From an uncultured Acidobacteriaceae bacterium (lineage in GTDB: Bacteria; Acidobacteriota; Terriglobia; Terriglobales; Acidobacteriaceae): a stretch of DNA of 64,000 bases. A program made the position numbers and the translations under genes. The stretch lies in the NCBI GenBank assembly GCA_963791505.1, contig CAWBSV010000084.1:19081-83080 (forward strand). Direction: 5' to 3'. Below the pieces are notes generated by a model. It did no database searches, had not been told where the DNA came from, and saw nothing but the letters and a program-made list of their open reading frames with translations. Each line of letters opens with the position of its first letter. The stretch's first letter is position 1. Shown one piece after another: positions 1-8,965 of this stretch.

Positions 1-108
1 CTGGTTCGGCCGCAGCCTGTGCTAGGTGCTCCTGCAGTGTTCGCGCCATGGTAGTAATGGCGGAACGCTCATTGGCATGAACCCGGGCCCTGATCGGTAT
101 CGAAAGCG

Positions 109-1140
109 TCATTGTGTTTCATACGCACCAGCAGTCGCCAAAAAATGTGCCCGGCGGACTTCGTCTGCCCCATGCACATCCTTGTACTTCTGCGCAATAG
201 TTTCCAATTCCGAGAGAGAGTTGATGCGTGACTCCGCGGGAAATGGCACGGGGTCGGAAAGGCTCCCCCAAAAGACCGAAAGAAGGGGCACGGCGGCAAT
301 CGGATGCGCCGCATAAAATATCTTTTCCCAAGCCGCATCCGTCGAGGGATCCCGCCAACCCGACCGGTGGGTGAGATGATAGCTATAGCCTCCGTCCGCC
401 GGAACCATGCGCAGGCCCGCGTTGGTCAGCCGCAAGGCAAGTTCCCGGTGTTCATTGATGGTGATGTCTTTGTGGAATCCGCCGGCATCAAGGAAGGCCG
501 CTCGCGACACCGATTGGTTGGAACCCGAGGCTGCAGCCCATAACAGACTGCATTGGGGATGGTTGCGAAGCGCGTCCATCTCCAGATCAAAAAGCCGACG
601 CGGCCCCGCGCCCGGATAAATTCCAGGCTGCGATCTCTTATGGACCGAAGCGAAATTGCTTTCCACATCCTGGATCGTCACACGCATCCGCGCCAATTCG
701 GATTCCGACATGGCCGCGATCCGTGCTTCTTCCCCAGGACGCGGCGTGCCGGTCTGGGGATTGGCGAAGAATCGGGTGCAGCGCAGCTGATGGGTTTCAC
801 CACGCGCGACAAGGTTATCGGCACCCCGATGCGGTTCCAAATGCTTCAGCACCAAGTCCGGACCGGCCAGCGTGTCCCCGTCCATAAAAATGAGAATGTC
901 ACCGGTCGCAGCCTCAGCGCCGATATTGGCGGCAGCGGAGCGGCCCTTGGGCGTGGGATTGTGAATCCGTTTCAAATCCAGCAGCGGCTCGGCCTCGTCC
1001 AGGACCGCCTCTGTCGCGTCGGTCGAGCCATCGTTTACGACAACGACTTCCGGCGCCACGGTCTGACGGCTGAGGGATCTCAGCGTCAGTCTCAACCGGT
1101 CGGCTTCGTCCTTGGATCTGACGACTACGCTGGCACGCAT
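109..1140 (-). CDS. Family-2 glycosyltransferase (GT-A fold)
   Basis: 343-aa ORF with the GT2 N-terminal signature 'VVVRSKDEADRLRLTLRSLSRQT...VVVVNDGSTDAT' and a DxD-like 'FMDGD'. The antisense ORF 553..1362 is judged a GC-rich shadow. Confidence 0.85.
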   Translation of the reverse strand: MRASVVVRSKDEADRLRLTLRSLSRQTVAPEVVVVNDGSTDATEAVLDEAEPLLDLKRIHNPTPKGRSAAANIGAEAATGDILIFMDGDTLAGPDLVLKHLEPHRGADNLVARGETHQLRCTRFFANPQTGTPRPGEEARIAAMSESELARMRVTIQDVESNFASVHKRSQPGIYPGAGPRRLFDLEMDALRNHPQCSLLWAAASGSNQSVSRAAFLDAGGFHKDITINEHRELALRLTNAGLRMVPADGGYSYHLTHRSGWRDPSTDAAWEKIFYAAHPIAAVPLLSVFWGSLSDPVPFPAESRINSLSELETIAQKYKDVHGADEVRRAHFLATAGAYETQ

Positions 1141-1935
1141 GACAGTTCCTCTGCGACCGGCAAAACACCCAGGTCGCCCAGTATCCGGACAACTTCTTCA
1201 GCCACCAGCCGATATCCTTCGGGAGTAAGATGCATGGCGTCGACCTTCAGGCGGTCGGCGCCCGCCCGGGCGATGATCGTGTCGACGTCGACAATCGACA
1301 CGCCGGTTTCCCGCGACAGATCGGTGAGGGCCAGGTTGAACCGCTTGCATCTGGTCGAATAAGTCTCGTCCAACCCCTGATAGTTGTACACCGCCTCGCC
1401 CGGAATGATCGGAGAGACATTGTAAATCAGGATCGGCACATCTGTACTTGCCTGGATCTTTTCAACGATCTTTGTCAGTCCTTGCATCGATTGCGAAACG
1501 TCCAGCAAATCCGTGCGGGAAAAATGCGCTTTCAGCCATTCCCGGTCACTTGCATTCCAGGTCTCTAAAATCAGCGGCATAGAATCGATACCCAGCTTGC
1601 CTATGGCGATAGAGCGTCGTGGCCGTGTCCCCGAGGATGGAAAGGATTATGGCGTCTGCGTCCGTTGTGAAGAGCGCGTCACTGAATTGACTGGCAAGGG
1701 GATAAACCCCCAGCGGCAATTCTCTTCCGATCAAGTCGGAAGGGATCGACCCGTCGGCCTCCATAATCGCGTCAGACCTCGTCCAAGTTTCGTGGCGGAG
1801 CCGGACCAAGGTCCCATTTCCGGCCCTGGTCAGTTCGTTGATCCCATTCCACTGGATGACCCCCCCTATACGGCAGGAGTGCAAGGAGTCGTGGACATCC
1901 ACGTTGCCCTTTGCGAACAAAACGACCCGTTTCAC
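1125..1935 (-). pseudogene. SGNH/GDSL-like hydrolase interrupted by a frameshift
   Basis: Two overlapping minus-strand ORFs (1546..1935 then 1125..1580) read as one protein. The C-terminal part carries the SGNH block-V style 'DAMHLTPEGYRLVAEEV' (D-x-x-H). Both frames are open across roughly 1546-1640, so the shift lies in that stretch. Confidence 0.55.
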
Positions 1936-2220
1936 CCTAGTCCCCAGAAGTCGCCGAAACCCGTGATAGTAGGCTGAACTTCCTACTAGTTTCCCAACGC
2001 TTAAATTTTACTGAGCGTAGCTGTTTAGAAGGGTTTCAATCAATCGCCGGGGGCCATTAACGTTAGCAATTGGTCTTCCCGCGGGGGCGCCGACAATGAA
2101 ACTGACTTCGCGTAAAAGTCCGCCGGCAGAGAGGATTCAGGCCGTTGCTTGGCCTGGCTGCAGTGCGACCTTTTGGCACGCGGTCAGGTTGACGTTGCGC
2201 GGGGAGCTCTTCGCTGACAA

Positions 2221-3519
2221 TTGGCCGCTCGCATCGGAGTTATTGTCTTGAGAAAGCCGCCGGGCGCACTGGCTGAAGACCGCTACAGAACCGTGAATGA
2301 AAAAGACACGGCGCGGTCGCTTCTGATTGCGGCCCTGCCCTACGAACTGGCTGCGGGGGACCAAGTAAAGGCCGATAACATCGTCAAAGACGCGCTGGAG
2401 GATTGGATAAGATCCGGACTGAAGTTCGGCCGGGCGTCGGACGGCGCACGCCAGTTCGATCCGGTGGAAGTGTTCAACCACATGAAATGGGAAGGTCTGA
2501 TGGGCCGTGACGGCTTCTGGTCGCGCCATTTCATTGCAACGGCCCGAGCCTTTACCCAACAATCCGCCGGTGTGGCAGGCAGGCTTCCAAAGCACCCGGA
2601 AAAAAAGAGATTTTCGGTCGAGCTGCGCAGGAGTTTCAGCTTTCGCAATTCGGCCCCCGCTCGCAAGCTGCGGCTTCGCCTGCCTTTGCCGCTTCGGAGC
2701 CATGCACAGGACATCGACGCATGGCCGATCCCTCCCGAAGAGGTGGGCGCCAGCATCTCACAGTCAGATGGAAGGCTCGAATTCCAAGTTGAGATGAAAG
2801 AATCCGGTTCGCTGGAAATCGGCGCCGATCTGAGCTTCACAACGGATGGTGCCGCACAAAAAACGGGCACCGAAACCCTGACCCCGGAAGAGCGCGCGCT
2901 TTATCTGCGCCCCGCCGAAGGATTGATCCGGCTGAGCCCCCGTATCGCAGACCTGGCCGCGACCTTCGCCGGCGCGGACACCTCCCTGGAAGTGGCTCTG
3001 AATGCCTGGGATTTTCTGCTGGACGAGCTCAGTTGCGGGATGGTCCGATACGACCAGGTCAATCCACAAACGCCCGGGGAATGGGTGCTGGACAATGGCT
3101 GGTACGATTGCCAGCTAGGCTCCAGCCTTTTTATCGCGATCTGCCGGGCGCGCGGCATTCCCGCGCGCCTTGCCAGCGGCTATATGCTGTATGACCTGGC
3201 GCCGGGATATCACTACTGGTCGGAAATCTGGCAAGACGGTCGCGGCTGGCTGCCTTTTGACCTTCTATGTTGGGATCTGTCCGGCGGCGGTCGCGACGTC
3301 CCTTGGCGGACTCATTTTGCGGGAGCCGTTGACTACCGCATGGTCACCCAGTGTCTTCCTTTGTCCTTTACCGGACCGATGTCCGTGCGATTTCCGCCGG
3401 CCTGGCACCTTTTGAACGCGCCACTGGATCGTGGAATGAGCGTCCACTTCGTCGCTCTGGACGGCGAGCCCATCTATAGTGATCGGGTTGTGATCGGCTC
3501 AAAGAGCCGGTCATCCTGA
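2221..3519 (+). CDS. Transglutaminase-like cysteine protease domain protein
   Basis: The C-terminal core 'WYDCQLGSSLFIAICRARGIPARLASGYM...GYHYWSEIWQDGRGWLPFD' matches the Cys/His/Asp transglutaminase-like core. The ORF opens with TTG, so the true start is uncertain. Confidence 0.75.
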   Translation: MAARIGVIVLRKPPGALAEDRYRTVNEKDTARSLLIAALPYELAAGDQVKADNIVKDALEDWIRSGLKFGRASDGARQFDPVEVFNHMKWEGLMGRDGFWSRHFIATARAFTQQSAGVAGRLPKHPEKKRFSVELRRSFSFRNSAPARKLRLRLPLPLRSHAQDIDAWPIPPEEVGASISQSDGRLEFQVEMKESGSLEIGADLSFTTDGAAQKTGTETLTPEERALYLRPAEGLIRLSPRIADLAATFAGADTSLEVALNAWDFLLDELSCGMVRYDQVNPQTPGEWVLDNGWYDCQLGSSLFIAICRARGIPARLASGYMLYDLAPGYHYWSEIWQDGRGWLPFDLLCWDLSGGGRDVPWRTHFAGAVDYRMVTQCLPLSFTGPMSVRFPPAWHLLNAPLDRGMSVHFVALDGEPIYSDRVVIGSKSRSS

Positions 3520-3625
3520 GGCCCGGGCCAAGTCTTCACAAATCAAGCCGTGACAAATCCGTTCGACCGGCTCACTCTGCCTATCAATATTCGTCGCTGC
3601 GATTTCAGGCCCCTCGCTCGCAGGA

Positions 3626-4366
3626 TTGGGTATGAGTGGTTTTTTCCGGTATTCCGCCGAAACAACAAAATCCCTCGCCGAGAGCATGGATAAACGGGGG
3701 TTCGCCTGCCTGCCCGACTGTCTTTCGGAAAGCGATCTGGAACCACTGCGGTCGCGCGTCTCCGGCGCGGGACTAGATCCGACCGGCAAATACGCGGTGC
3801 TGCAGGACCGCAAAACATTTGACGAAACAGCTCTGACCAAAATACCGGCTTCGCCGGAGTTCCAGCTTCTATGTCAGCAGCTCCTGAAACTTGCAACACG
3901 CACGGCATTGAACGAGACGGATCATTACCAAGTCGTCCGCTGTTTGAACGGAGATGTCGGACGCAGGAATTCCTATTTCTTCCATTATGATACTTACGTT
4001 TTGACGGTCTTGATCCCGATCATGATCCCGCAGACCGGCGAACGAGGGGACTTGGTGCTGTTCCCCAATGTGCGCAGAATCAGACGCACCTACCTGCATA
4101 ATCTTTTTGACAAATTCCTTGTCGACAATCAGTTCGCGCAATGGGTTCTTAAACAGGCCACCAAGCGCAGGATATTCGGTGCGACAGCGGTTGTGATGAA
4201 GCCGGGCAATATCTATTTCTTCTGGGGCTATCGCTCCATTCACGCCAATGAGCCCTGCGATCCCAATCAAGTTCGCGCGACGGCTCTTTTGCATTTCGGC
4301 GATCCCTACAGGGGAAGTCACGCCCGCACCTTCTTGCGCCGCATAAGGCATCTGGACGCGGCTTAG
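3626..4366 (+). CDS. Putative Fe(II)/2-oxoglutarate-dependent oxygenase-like protein
   Basis: 246-aa ORF with a possible H-x-D...H facial triad ('FFHYDTY' and 'YRSIHANE') followed by 'RATALLHF'. The assignment is by motif pattern only. Confidence 0.4.
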   Translation: MGMSGFFRYSAETTKSLAESMDKRGFACLPDCLSESDLEPLRSRVSGAGLDPTGKYAVLQDRKTFDETALTKIPASPEFQLLCQQLLKLATRTALNETDHYQVVRCLNGDVGRRNSYFFHYDTYVLTVLIPIMIPQTGERGDLVLFPNVRRIRRTYLHNLFDKFLVDNQFAQWVLKQATKRRIFGATAVVMKPGNIYFFWGYRSIHANEPCDPNQVRATALLHFGDPYRGSHARTFLRRIRHLDAA

Positions 4367-4990
4367 CCTGTACCGCTATCGCCACCCGCGACAGGCTTGA
4401 GCCTGTCCGACCAGGCGATAACCATCAGGGCGACAAGGTTCCCCCATAGCGCGCCCGCTATCAGGTCCGAGACAAAATGCCATTCACCGAAAAGCAAAAG
4501 GAAGGCCGCAATGGCGACCGCAGAGGCAAACATCCATCTCAGGCGGGGAAATGCGCGCCAGCCAACCGTCGCGGCGGCAACAACAAGGGCCATATGCCCT
4601 GAAGGGAAATTGGTCTTCCAGCCGCCCTTGAAAAAATAAAATCCGTAATGCGAGGGCCAGTACAAGAATTCGTCGATGCTTGTACGACCGAATATCGGCT
4701 TGAGAAACGTATTGTTGGTGATCAAAGCGAGAATGGCGCTTATCGCAGCAAGAATGATGACATGTCTTGCGCCGTGGAACCGGCGGTGCTGCCAAAGGAC
4801 CAGGGCAAGGGCGATAAGAACTCAGTGCCACCAGAAGCAGGGGCGAACCCAGGGCATATTTTTTATGATCGTGATACAACGCGCTTTCCGAAAAGAGTTG
4901 CGCTACCGGCCCGTCCACAAAAAATATGGCCAGCAGAGACAAAGGGACTGCGATAAGCAGTCGAATGAGTGCGTGGCGTGCAAGAAGCAT
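4363..4990 (-). pseudogene. PAP2-family phosphatase with a single frameshift
   Basis: The C-terminal frame (4363..4725 and its upstream extension) has the PAP2 motifs 'KPIFGR', 'PSGH' and 'EWHFVSDLIAG'. The N-terminal TM segment 'MLLARHALIRLLIAVPLSLLAIFF...' is in another frame (4484..4990). The frames meet at about 4815-4830. Confidence 0.6.
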
Positions 4991-5065
4991 TCAGTTATCG
5001 GTCTATCATATCGCTGGGCCAGTAAACCCCGAACCGCCCGCTGATTGTCTGTCAACTTGGGTATT

Positions 5066-5347
5066 TTACCGATAATGCGACTGGAGCCACCGCAGACCAT
5101 CGGGCGGGTCCTGGTAGCTCGCCCAATCGGAAGCTCCGTTATCCTGAAGACGAACAACAATCACGGAGTTGCCGGGATGGATGGCCGTCCGCAGCGCATC
5201 GCGCAACTGCTCGGCGCGGCCGGCCACGGACGCAAACCAGACGGTTTCGAGCACCTGGGCCGCCGCCATCTTCGCGAGAAGTTGGCGCAGTCGGTCGTAT
5301 TCGCGGGTGCGGTCTCTTATTTCCAGACAGATGACGAAATTTGCCAT
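5066..5347 (-). CDS. Small cytoplasmic hypothetical protein (93 aa)
   Basis: Clean ORF with an alternating hydrophobic/charged pattern ('FVICLEIRDRTREYDRLRQLLAKM...VWFASVAGRAEQLRDALRTAI...SVIVVRL') that suggests a beta-alpha-beta-beta-alpha-beta fold. No family recognised. Confidence 0.45.
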   Translation of the reverse strand: MANFVICLEIRDRTREYDRLRQLLAKMAAAQVLETVWFASVAGRAEQLRDALRTAIHPGNSVIVVRLQDNGASDWASYQDPPDGLRWLQSHYR

Positions 5348-5498
5348 GTTTCAACAAAGATGTGGACCCAAGCCCTCCCCGCCTTATTTTCTAGAATATG
5401 TTCTATGCCGCTGGCCGCGAAGAAAAAGCCGAGATATCGTTAATTTGCAAGCATTCTTGCGATAGTGGATCAGATCAGACATTTCGGATCACAATCAT

Positions 5499-5792
5499 TT
5501 GTATGGATGCCGCATGAATGGCTTTCCGTTGGACATTCGCGAGATCTGGACCCTATGTTCGGCCGAGTTGCGTTCTAGTTCCCGCGCGATGAAGAGCAGC
5601 AGAGAAAAACGGCCTTTCTGGTATTTTGTGATGGCCGTGGGAATCGCGGTTATCGCAGTCGGCGTGCTCGCGCCTGGCGGTCGGGCGCGGCTTTACGAGC
5701 TGGCCGGCGGCCTGGCCCTCATCCTGTTTTCGTTCGTCCGCCTGTTGTTTCTAAAGGGCCGGCGCAAACGGCGCCGCAAGCGCCAAAGCTGA
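5499..5792 (+). CDS. Small membrane protein with a poly-basic tail (hypothetical)
   Basis: Two hydrophobic segments ('FWYFVMAVGIAVIAVGVL', 'LAGGLALILFSFVRLLFL') followed by 'KGRRKRRRKRQS'. The start may be the internal Met near 5589. Confidence 0.35.
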   Translation: MYGCRMNGFPLDIREIWTLCSAELRSSSRAMKSSREKRPFWYFVMAVGIAVIAVGVLAPGGRARLYELAGGLALILFSFVRLLFLKGRRKRRRKRQS

Positions 5793-5803
5793 AGGACGCC
5801 CCT

Positions 5804-6742
5804 TCAACTCAACCGCCGCCTTTTGCTGCTTAGGCGCTTGCGCCGATTTCTGTGCGGTCCCCAGGGGATAAAGCCGCCGGTTTCCAGATCCCATGTGAAG
5901 CAGAATATCTGCTCGTACCGGTTGCCCAGGACGTCCAGAAAGGTGATACGGCCCCGCAGATAGATCCTGGCGCTCTGGGCTTTCAGCTTTTCCAGCCCCA
6001 GCTGATCCATCGCCTGGTCCATTTCCCGCTCAAGCGGCGTCACCAGGCTCCCCAGCGGCTCCAGCATCAACTCGGGAAGCCGGCCCGAGACAGGGTCATT
6101 GTGGGCTTCTTCCAACTCTCCGACAAAAAAAACTGCGCTGGCTCTTTGTAAAAGGGCCGGCGTGCGGCCGAAGTTTTTGATCGTGAAAGACACCCGCGGT
6201 GTCACGGTCAATTCCTGATTTCCGGATGCCGCGAGAGAACGCAGATCTTCCGCGACGCTGCTTGAGACAAGTACCGGAAACAGGAACGGCGTCTCGAATT
6301 CAGCGGCGGTGCGTTCTGCAATATCCACGGTCCTCTTCGTCGCCGTCAAAGTCTTGCTGATGACGTTGCTTTGATAGAGCAGCAGAACAAGCTGGCTGCA
6401 GCCGAAGAAGGCAAAGAAGCTTACGAATATCCAATTCCACCACGCCGTCGGAAAGGCGTTCGCCCCGGTCGGCATCTCGATCAAAGGGCGGCTTTTGTCG
6501 GCCGGCCCGGAAAGCTGCGACAACTGGCCCCTGGCGGCTGGGTCAACGGGCGAGACCGGTGCGGCGAACAGCGCGGGAGCAGAGAAAACAAGCAGGCTCG
6601 CAATGATGCCGGCCAGCACCGTTCGCATCATGGTGGTTGGTCTCAACGCCGCCAGCAGATCCTGCAGATATCCCGCAACCCGGACAAATCCCGGCTCGCA
6701 GTCACAATCAATCGCTAAGCGGCTTTTTCCCCGGTCGGACAT
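5804..6742 (-). CDS. Hypothetical membrane-anchored protein
   Basis: The likely start is the internal 'MMRTVLAGIIASLLVFSAPALFA' (about 6631), which looks like a signal peptide. It is followed by a TM segment 'WWNWIFVSFFAFFGCSQLVLLLY' and a ~190-aa C-terminal domain with no recognisable motif. Confidence 0.55.
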   Translation of the reverse strand: MSDRGKSRLAIDCDCEPGFVRVAGYLQDLLAALRPTTMMRTVLAGIIASLLVFSAPALFAAPVSPVDPAARGQLSQLSGPADKSRPLIEMPTGANAFPTAWWNWIFVSFFAFFGCSQLVLLLYQSNVISKTLTATKRTVDIAERTAAEFETPFLFPVLVSSSVAEDLRSLAASGNQELTVTPRVSFTIKNFGRTPALLQRASAVFFVGELEEAHNDPVSGRLPELMLEPLGSLVTPLEREMDQAMDQLGLEKLKAQSARIYLRGRITFLDVLGNRYEQIFCFTWDLETGGFIPWGPHRNRRKRLSSKRRRLS

Positions 6743-6884
6743 TTTGGCAGAGTGATCTCATCTGGCTTACGGATCAAACGGCAAAGAACAGTCTACCTGT
6801 GGAAGCAACGGGCCCAACCCGGGGAATACCTATTGACGGCCCGACCGAATCAATTCCTCCACCACCTCGCGGCCGCTGGAGAAC

Positions 6885-7229
6885 TCAGGAGATGTGGCAG
6901 GCGCTGAGCAGCAACATGCCCAGCATGGAAGACCAGAAAAAGCTGCACATTGCGGCGACGACGCTGACGCCTACCTGTTCGGATTTGCGAGACCGCACCA
7001 CGTTCTCCATCAGGATGCTGGCACCGGCGAAAGCGATGACCGGATAATAGAAGAGGGGGTTTTCTTCCGTGGAAGCCGTTGCGACAACCCGATAGCAGCT
7101 GACGACCAGGCCAGACAGGGTAAGCCCACCGGCAAAGGCGAAAAGCAGCATGATGGCGTTGTGAAGCATGGCACCGGGTCCTGTCTCGTTTTGGCGCGCG
7201 TTTGGCTGCGCACACCAGGCACAGAGCAA
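6885..7229 (-). CDS. Small multi-TM hypothetical protein
   Basis: Three hydrophobic segments. The probable start is the internal 'MLHNAIMLLFAFAGG' (about 7169). Confidence 0.4.
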   Translation of the reverse strand: MLCAWCAQPNARQNETGPGAMLHNAIMLLFAFAGGLTLSGLVVSCYRVVATASTEENPLFYYPVIAFAGASILMENVVRSRKSEQVGVSVVAAMCSFFWSSMLGMLLLSACHIS

Positions 7230-7278
7230 GACCCGGGCCGGATAGGCCGGCAGGCGATTTAAGGACTACATTCCTATT

Positions 7279-7572
7279 TTAAGGATTTGCGGGAGTTGTT
7301 GCGGCCGGCCCAGAGGGCGGAATTGCAACTGGAGCGGGTGGAACCACGCTACGGGCAGTCCCGTCGCCCGTGGGGACTGTTCCAGGGCTGGCGCTGGTCG
7401 ACTGCGGTCCGGACACACCGGCCGTGGCGAAGCCGCTGGAGCGCCCGTTTACGGCGCCCACATTTTGGCCCGCCAAGGTCGATGGCACGGATGGGGTTCC
7501 GTTGGACGTCTGGGCGGTGGCGGCAGTGGCCGTCAAAGTCATTAAAACGAGCGATAGAGCGAGCAATCTCAT
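7279..7572 (-). CDS. Secreted low-complexity (Pro/Thr/Ser/Gly/Ala-rich) protein
   Basis: Sec-type signal 'MRLLALSLVLMTLTATAATAQ' followed by a compositionally biased mature part. Confidence 0.45.
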   Translation of the reverse strand: MRLLALSLVLMTLTATAATAQTSNGTPSVPSTLAGQNVGAVNGRSSGFATAGVSGPQSTSASPGTVPTGDGTARSVVPPAPVAIPPSGPAATTPANP

Positions 7573-7710
7573 GGGAATATCCTTTCGCTGGAAATTCGTA
7601 TCCCTGCTCTTTGGTTGCGCGCCCGATCGACCGCTTGCCTAGACCTGTTCGCCGTCGCGCTAACCTTTGTTCAACGATCCTAGTGCTATAGCGACAAAAA
7701 AGGTAGCCGC

Positions 7711-7971
7711 TTGCACAACACCCCTCTCCACACGGCCGCTGACCTGGTGGCACAGCTTGGCGCCCAGGCCGAAATGCTGGCCGGCGACCGCATTGAGGCT
7801 GCCCTCGCCGCCGACAACCAGGAAGATTTCCAGTATTGGTCCCTGGTGGCCAAGGCGATCGTCCTTTTGACCCGCCAACCGATCACGGCCGACAGTTCCA
7901 GGCCAGCCCCCTCTGCCGAATCACGGCCGATGGAACCGCCTGTTCATATTCCCCGCCGCGCCAGCGCGTAA
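7711..7971 (+). CDS. Hypothetical protein (86 aa)
   Basis: An ORF only. The first ~55 aa look protein-like ('DLVAQLGAQAEMLAGDRIEAALAADNQEDFQYWSLVAKAIVLL'). No family recognised. Confidence 0.3.
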   Translation: MHNTPLHTAADLVAQLGAQAEMLAGDRIEAALAADNQEDFQYWSLVAKAIVLLTRQPITADSSRPAPSAESRPMEPPVHIPRRASA

Positions 7972-7988
7972 GGCCCGCACCCAATCTG

Positions 7989-8965
7989 TCAATCAGCACT
8001 TCCATACGGCGCACCCAGATAAGCGGCCGTAGAGCGCCTGATGACGGGTGGGCATTCGCCAAAACGGCGGAAAAGATAGTCGCGATATCCCAGCAACATT
8101 GCCCTGAACGATGGATTGGACAATGTGCCGTTGATCGTCGACCGCAGGAACCGCAAAAACAGTCGACCCAATCGGAAACAATAGAGCCTGACCAGCTGTA
8201 TTCCTCCGATATTCTTTTCAGAAAAAAGCAATTCGTTGCGCGTCAGAAAATATGTCTGTAGCGGTGCGGATTTCTGGTCCCATCGACACGCTGGCATGGT
8301 GATATACAACCGAGTTGGTGACCATCGCGCAGCCTATCCCGCATTTCCGCGCTCTATAACAGAGATCAACATCCTCATAGGTCAGATAAAATCTCTCATC
8401 GAACATCCCGACCCGTCTTATGACGTCGCTGTGAACAAATAGCGCCGCACCCAGCGCGAAATCGGTCTCGATCAATGGCTGCATAAGCAAGTGGCTGTCT
8501 TCGGGCTCCTTGAACCAGACCGGATGAGCACTCTGGTTGCAGTATCGGCTGCCGAAGTACTGGTACTCGTCCAGAGTTTGCAAACCGCACCACACTGCCC
8601 AATATTGTCCTGTCATGCAGCCGCTGGCTGGTCGCTACCAGTTCGGGGATCGTCGTGGGACAAACAAGTGCGTCATTGTTCAGGAGGAAGACGTAATCGC
8701 AGCCCAACTCCAGCGCACGGCGAATGCCGACATTGCACCCGCCGGCAAATCCGGAGTTCAGAGGGTTTGCGATAATCTCCGCTTCGGGCAGGGCATCACG
8801 CAGCTGTTCCAGCGAGCCATCGGTCGAGGCATTGTCGACCACGATTGTCGTGATGGAGACACCAGGGCTGGATTGCAGCGATCCGGCGGCAGCGACTGTG
8901 TATCGCCAGCCGTTCCAGTTCAACAGAACGACGCCAACTTTCACCACGATTGCGTTGCCACTCAT
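7989..8965 (-). pseudogene. GT2 (rhamnosyltransferase-like) glycosyltransferase split over three reading frames
   Basis: The N-terminal part 'VGVVLLNWNG...VVDNASTDGS...NSGFAGGCNVG...FLLNNDA' lies in ORF 8396..9067. The middle part 'GAALFVHSDVIRRVGMFDERFYLTYEDVDLCYRARKCG...VYHHAS' lies in ORF 8218..8616. The C-terminal part 'YFLTRNELLFSEKN' lies in ORF 7989..8309. Together they form one colinear GT2 protein with two frameshifts. Confidence 0.7.

Noticed and set aside
1-49. A possible 5' end of a minus-strand gene ('MARTLQEHLAQAAAEP...') running off the left edge.
   Set aside because: Only 16 codons are visible, there is no Shine-Dalgarno sequence, and nothing identifiable. That is too little to support a feature.
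553-1362. Long antisense ORFs opposite confident genes. Examples are 553..1362, 10661..11701, 26918..27976, 37704..38609, 40907..41851, 45295..46371, 55656..56528, 58911..60008 and 61873..62700.
   Set aside because: Their products are Arg/Gly/His/Pro-rich with no motifs, whereas the opposite strand carries clear family signatures. These are typical shadow ORFs in ~60% GC DNA.
2185-2215. A sigma-54-like 'TGGCAC' in the divergent spacer upstream of the transglutaminase gene.
   Set aside because: The required GC/TTGC element is not at the -12 spacing (TGGCAC-N5-TTGC), since 'TTGAC' lies 9 nt away. A similar check upstream of the PEP-CTERM gene also failed.
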